Both the position numbers and the translations under genes were made by a program. This document shows positions 14,894 to 18,732 of a stretch of 18,732 nt of DNA, one piece after another (position 1 is the first letter of the stretch; each line of letters opens with the position of its first letter). The stretch lies in the IMG/VR virus record IMGVR_UViG_3300042922_001472, one strand, 5' to 3'. Source of the DNA: a virus (Duplodnaviria; Heunggongvirae; Uroviricota; Caudoviricetes). A model generated the notes under the pieces. The model saw only the letters and a program-made list of their open reading frames with translations. It made no database searches and was not told where the DNA came from.

Positions 14894-15091
14894 CAAGTAA
14901 CGAATATTTCTGTAATGCGAATCATTATATAATCGGTTTTCCATTCATGGCATATTGTCTATGACAGATATCACATTCAAAGTAATATAATAATGGATAT
15001 AAAATTTTAACCCCAACTTTAGAAAATGGGGTTTCTTTTCTGTTTTGGATAAATCAATACATTTAGTTTGTAATATTATTTAAAAAAAGTA

Positions 15092-15135
15092 TTGCAATAT
15101 ATAGTAAATGAAGTTATAATATTGACTATAGTAAA
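15092..15135 (+). promoter_or_regulatory. ssb promoter followed by a TTGACTATAGTCAA-like site over the start region
   Basis: TTGCAA (15092-15097), 17 bp, TATAAT (15115-15120), then TTGACTATAGTAAA (15122-15135, 13/14). Confidence 0.75.
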
Positions 15136-15236
15136 TATCATTTGTGTAGTTATAAAAGGAAAACGAGATAACTATAATAAATCATAGACTTATAAAAAAG
15201 GTTTAATAATTATAATTTATATATAGGAGGTATACG

Positions 15237-15815
15237 ATGTATACAATAGAAAAAGTAATAAGAAATATTAAGGGGCAAGATAAAGAAGTAAGAGCATTTT
15301 TTGGAAAAGGAAGATTAACTGCTGATGTACCTGAAATTAGATTAGCAAAAGATTTGAAAGTTATGTCTGCTTTTGGCTTTTCACTTGCATGTGATGCAGG
15401 TAAAAATACCGATGGAAGTAGAAAATCAGTGTTTTTCCCAGTAACTTTATGGGAGAAAAATGCCGATAATATACTTAAAATTTCTGAATCGGTAAAAAAG
15501 CAAGAAGTTGAATTAGGTATGATGCCAAGAGGACTTAAAGGTAGGGAAATTCTAATTTTTGGTAGAATTGAAAAACAAACTTACACGTCTAATAGTGGTG
15601 AAAGTAAAGAAAGCGAAGTTCTTATTGTGGAACGTTTTGGATTTTCAGATTATCCAAGAGCTACTACTAACAACACAAATGCTTCTAATGTTCAAGAATC
15701 ACCAACTTCTTCAACAGCTACGGATGATTTTAAAGATGAAGGATATACAGAAGTTTTTAACGAAGAAGACGATGAATTTGAAGAAATCGATGAATTTGAA
15801 GATATTCCTTTCTAA
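15237..15815 (+). CDS. ssb: Single-stranded DNA-binding protein (divergent)
   Basis: OB-fold motifs GRLTAD.PE.R, FSLA, FFPVTLW, KGR.ILIFGRI...Y....G, then a low-complexity linker and an acidic tail ending DIPF. AGGAGG RBS. Confidence 0.9.
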   Translation: MYTIEKVIRNIKGQDKEVRAFFGKGRLTADVPEIRLAKDLKVMSAFGFSLACDAGKNTDGSRKSVFFPVTLWEKNADNILKISESVKKQEVELGMMPRGLKGREILIFGRIEKQTYTSNSGESKESEVLIVERFGFSDYPRATTNNTNASNVQESPTSSTATDDFKDEGYTEVFNEEDDEFEEIDEFEDIPF

Positions 15816-15831
15816 TTCGTGATAAGGAATT

Positions 15832-15870
15832 ATTAAGGGCAAGGTAAATTTATCCTTGCCCTTAATTTTA
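15832..15870 (+). terminator. Intrinsic terminator after ssb
   Basis: ATTAAGGGCAAGG (15832-15844) pairs with CCTTGCCCTTAAT (15854-15866), followed by Ts. Confidence 0.75.
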
Positions 15871-15918
15871 TAAAAAGGTTTAAAATTTTTACATAGTAAT
15901 AATTTTTAGGAGGAAAGT

Positions 15919-17487
15919 ATGGCTAATATGGATAAACAGCAGTTTTTGGAGAAAGTGATTAATGATGTTCGTGCTCTTTCAGTAGTTGATATTTTAAACA
16001 CAAGAATAAAGCTAATTCGAATGGGTGGAAATTATAAGGCACTTTGCCCTTTTCATAATGATAGAACCATAGGTAGCTTTGTTGCATCTGAATCAAAAGG
16101 TATATGGAAGTGTTTTTCATGTGGTGAAGGTGGAGATGGTATTAAATTTATTGCAAAATATGATGGTATAAATTATGTAGAATCAGCATTTAATATTGCA
16201 TTAGATTTCAGTTTAATAACTTCAATTGAATATGATGAATACTTTACTAAGAGAAGATATTCTAAAGACCAAATAACAAAAATTGAAAAAACATATACAG
16301 ATTTAGATAGAGAAAGATTAAAAAGTAATATTGCTAATGAAGAAACACTAAATAATATATTCAAAATATTTATCAATGCTATAGAAAAATGTTATAAAGA
16401 TAATGATAAGTATATTGGTAGATTATCAAAAGAACATAAAAAGCATTTACTGGAAGAAAGAGAGCTGTCGGAAGAAGATATAGAAAATGGTATGTTCTTT
16501 ACATTCCCAGACAAAAGAACAAAAATATGGAATATATTTAAAGAAGAGTTATTAAAAAATAAATTATCTATAGAAGTATTAAGTACAATCCCAGGATTTT
16601 TTAAAGATAAAAAAGGTGATTATACTTTTGTCGGACACAAGGGAATTGGTATTGGAATAAAAAATACTGATGAAAAAATTATAGGCATTCAAGTTCGTCA
16701 TGATAAAGTAGATGAAGGCAAAAATAGATATATTTGGTTTAGTTCTGATTTTGCAAATTATAAAGACGATTGTTCTGATGGTACTTCAAGTGGTTCTCCA
16801 ATTGATGTTGTGTTCCCTAAATCAGAGAATTTTAAGACAGGAAATCTCTTTATCACTGAAGGAAGATTTAAGGCATTAAAAATTTGTGAAAAATTTGGTG
16901 CAGTTGCAATATCTGTACAAGGTGTATGTTCGTGGAGAAATATAATAAATGAAATTAAAAAGATAAATGAATCTAAAAAATTAGAAAAGCTTTATGATAA
17001 TTCGCCATTAAAAAAGAATTTAAAATTTTCAACTTTTAAATTTAATAAGAGCTATATATCTTTTGACGCAGATATGAACTACAAGAACCAAGTTTTTGAA
17101 CAAGCAAGCAAACTATCTGAAGAACTAAGAAATCAATTATCTTTTATTACTGTTTATTCGCTATGGAATGAAGAATTCGGTAAAGGTATTGATGATGTCT
17201 TAATAAGATGTGATAAAGAAAATATATCAATTAATGAAAAAATGGTAAGCTCTTGTTGCGAAGATTGGGATAAAAAACACGCAAATTTAATAATTAAAAT
17301 AAAAGAAGAAACAGATTATGAAGAAACAAAAGATATTCCAATGGAAGTAATGCAAGAATATTTTTCTAATATATTAAAACCACAAATTGAAATAGCAATT
17401 AAAGATGCAGAAAATAAAAGGTTAGAAAAAAAGCAAAATAAAAAGAAAAATTGCGATTATCTCTATGATTATAGAATTAGTGTTTAA
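15919..17487 (+). CDS. Plasmid/phage-type DNA primase: CHC2 zinc finger plus DUF3854-like Toprim domain
   Basis: CPFH...C..C zinc finger (ALCPFHND...WKCFSCGEGGD). Toprim-type motifs ITEGRFKA, SVQGV.SW, SFDAD and W...GKGIDD. No DnaG-like helicase-binding C-terminus recognised. AGGAGG RBS. Confidence 0.8.
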   Translation: MANMDKQQFLEKVINDVRALSVVDILNTRIKLIRMGGNYKALCPFHNDRTIGSFVASESKGIWKCFSCGEGGDGIKFIAKYDGINYVESAFNIALDFSLITSIEYDEYFTKRRYSKDQITKIEKTYTDLDRERLKSNIANEETLNNIFKIFINAIEKCYKDNDKYIGRLSKEHKKHLLEERELSEEDIENGMFFTFPDKRTKIWNIFKEELLKNKLSIEVLSTIPGFFKDKKGDYTFVGHKGIGIGIKNTDEKIIGIQVRHDKVDEGKNRYIWFSSDFANYKDDCSDGTSSGSPIDVVFPKSENFKTGNLFITEGRFKALKICEKFGAVAISVQGVCSWRNIINEIKKINESKKLEKLYDNSPLKKNLKFSTFKFNKSYISFDADMNYKNQVFEQASKLSEELRNQLSFITVYSLWNEEFGKGIDDVLIRCDKENISINEKMVSSCCEDWDKKHANLIIKIKEETDYEETKDIPMEVMQEYFSNILKPQIEIAIKDAENKRLEKKQNKKKNCDYLYDYRISV

Positions 17488-17522
17488 AATAACGCAGGAT
17501 AACTTTCCTACGTTATTTTTTT
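17486..17522 (+). terminator. Intrinsic terminator after the primase gene
   Basis: AAAATAACG-C-AGGA pairs with TCCT-A-CGTTATTTT (one mismatch), followed by a T-run. Confidence 0.65.
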
Positions 17523-17611
17523 CATCACTTTTAACTAAAATATATAAATCTATAAAATAGGTATTTTTAATATTTAAAATTAATTTTTTTAGGCAGGAGG
17601 ATTTTTACATA

Positions 17612-18732
17612 ATGGCAAGAGAAATTTATATAACAGTCACAGGTATTAGTGCAAAACACCCTGGTAAACAATTAGTAGATGTCGGAGATACTCTTGATTT
17701 AATAAAAGAGGAAAATGAATTTGACAAAGATGCAATTGCTGTTTATTTGGGTAATGCACAAGTAGGATATGTAGGGAATAGTTCTAATACGGTTGTAGGA
17801 GGGACTGTGCCAGCGAGTGAAATCAAAGACAAGTTTAATGGTAGTCTAAAAGCAAAAGCGATTATAACAGAAATTACAACTGTATTTTTTAAAAGCAGAA
17901 GTTCTAAAGCATTTATATGTAAAGTAATATTTGAAAAGGCGAAGAGGGATGTAATCAAAATGGAAAAAGAATTTAAATTTAAGTTAGTTGGAGCAAGAAC
18001 ACTTTATCCACAAAAGTTTTTATTAGGGAATGAAATAGCAAATAAGGTTACACCAAAAGTAAATCTTGTTTTAGAACATGATAAAATAGTAGCTCAATTT
18101 AATGGTAATAATGTTGGTCACATAGATAATAAAAAAGAAGATGGTTTAAGTTCATATGATGACCTAAAAGAAATTTTAAAGACTGAAAGAGTTGCTACAA
18201 TTATTGGAGCAGTAGGAACACATTTTATTGGTTTATTAAAAGTTGATGAATCAGAAATTGTTTCTGAGCAAAACATTAAAACATTAAAAAGCATTGTTGA
18301 AAAAATTGTTACAGAAGGAATCGCAACACAATCAGAAATAGACAAAAGAATTGCATATATGAAAAAGTATGGTGTTACAGAACGTCAAATGATTACTGTA
18401 TTTAGTAGTTTTAAAAAGTATCCTGATGAAGTTGCAAAAAGAATTCCAAACCCTAAGACATTTTACATTGATAATACAGGAATTTTAAGAAGAGCGATTG
18501 GATATATCAATATTCGAAGAAATCTTCTTTTTGAAGGAGATAGAGGCGTAGGGAAGAACGTATTGTGTGAAACATTAGCGTGGTTATTCAAAAGACCACT
18601 TTATGAGTTTTCAATAAACTCTCAGCATAGTAACAATGATATGCTTGGTGGTAGAACATTTGAAGATGCTATGAATGAAAGTAAGGAAGAATCAGTGAAT
18701 TTTATTAAAGGAATAAGTGGTTTCTTCAAAAT
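17612..18732 (+). CDS. HIRAN + degenerate HIRAN + MoxR/CbbQ/NirQ-type AAA+ ATPase (3' partial, runs off the window; absent from the ORF track)
   Basis: GGAGG RBS at 17596-17600, ATG at 17612, 373 open codons to the window end by my translation. MAREIYITVTG...VGDTLDLIKEENEFDKDAIAVYLGNAQVGYVGNS is HIRAN-like. Walker A GDRGVGKN is at 18536-18559 (aa 309-316), in the context NLLFEG...LAWLFKRPLYEFSINS...DMLGG typical of MoxR-clade AAA+. Confidence 0.85.
   Translation, partial: MAREIYITVTGISAKHPGKQLVDVGDTLDLIKEENEFDKDAIAVYLGNAQVGYVGNSSNTVVGGTVPASEIKDKFNGSLKAKAIITEITTVFFKSRSSKAFICKVIFEKAKRDVIKMEKEFKFKLVGARTLYPQKFLLGNEIANKVTPKVNLVLEHDKIVAQFNGNNVGHIDNKKEDGLSSYDDLKEILKTERVATIIGAVGTHFIGLLKVDESEIVSEQNIKTLKSIVEKIVTEGIATQSEIDKRIAYMKKYGVTERQMITVFSSFKKYPDEVAKRIPNPKTFYIDNTGILRRAIGYINIRRNLLFEGDRGVGKNVLCETLAWLFKRPLYEFSINSQHSNNDMLGGRTFEDAMNESKEESVNFIKGISGFFK

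Noticed and set aside
15168-15181. ATAACTATAATAAA in the ssb leader as a second operator
   Set aside because: Only 10/14 and lacks both G/C-containing outer positions; likely AT-rich noise.
15559-16376. ORFs 15559-15822 (+, alternate frame in ssb) and 16173-16376 (-)
   Set aside because: They overlap well-supported genes and have no RBS or motif.
17743-18345. - strand ORFs 17743-17958 and 18118-18345
   Set aside because: Shadows of the real + strand gene starting at 17612.
1-18732. CRISPR array, tRNA/rRNA, IS ends, integrase
   Set aside because: I saw no regularly spaced direct repeats, cloverleaf-like segments, or transposase/recombinase motifs.

Overview
Very AT-rich, Firmicutes/Clostridia-like DNA (GGAGG Shine-Dalgarno sites, near-consensus sigma-A promoters, many intrinsic terminators). 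I saw no rRNA, tRNA, CRISPR array, transposase or integrase. The gene set looks like the backbone of a large extrachromosomal element (megaplasmid or large conjugative plasmid; inference) rather than core chromosome. It contains a pilin-like membrane protein, a NucS-like nuclease operon, an orphan MazF behind a membrane-protein gene, a topo IV-like type IIA topoisomerase pair, a YtxC-like/RuvC/LysM-beta-propeller operon, a divergent SSB, a CHC2 + DUF3854-type primase, and a HIRAN-HIRAN-MoxR-type AAA+ gene that is missing from the ORF track because it runs off the window. Best leads: (1) a palindromic operator-like motif TTGACTATAGTCAA at 3-5 promoters, including those of the nuclease, RuvC and SSB operons; (2) the tandem-HIRAN/AAA+ fusion; (3) an EGNSA (D426N-equivalent) quinolone-resistance-type substitution in the topoisomerase B subunit; (4) a possible Whirly/PC4-fold protein. 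Family assignments come from motif recognition by eye; no searches were run.
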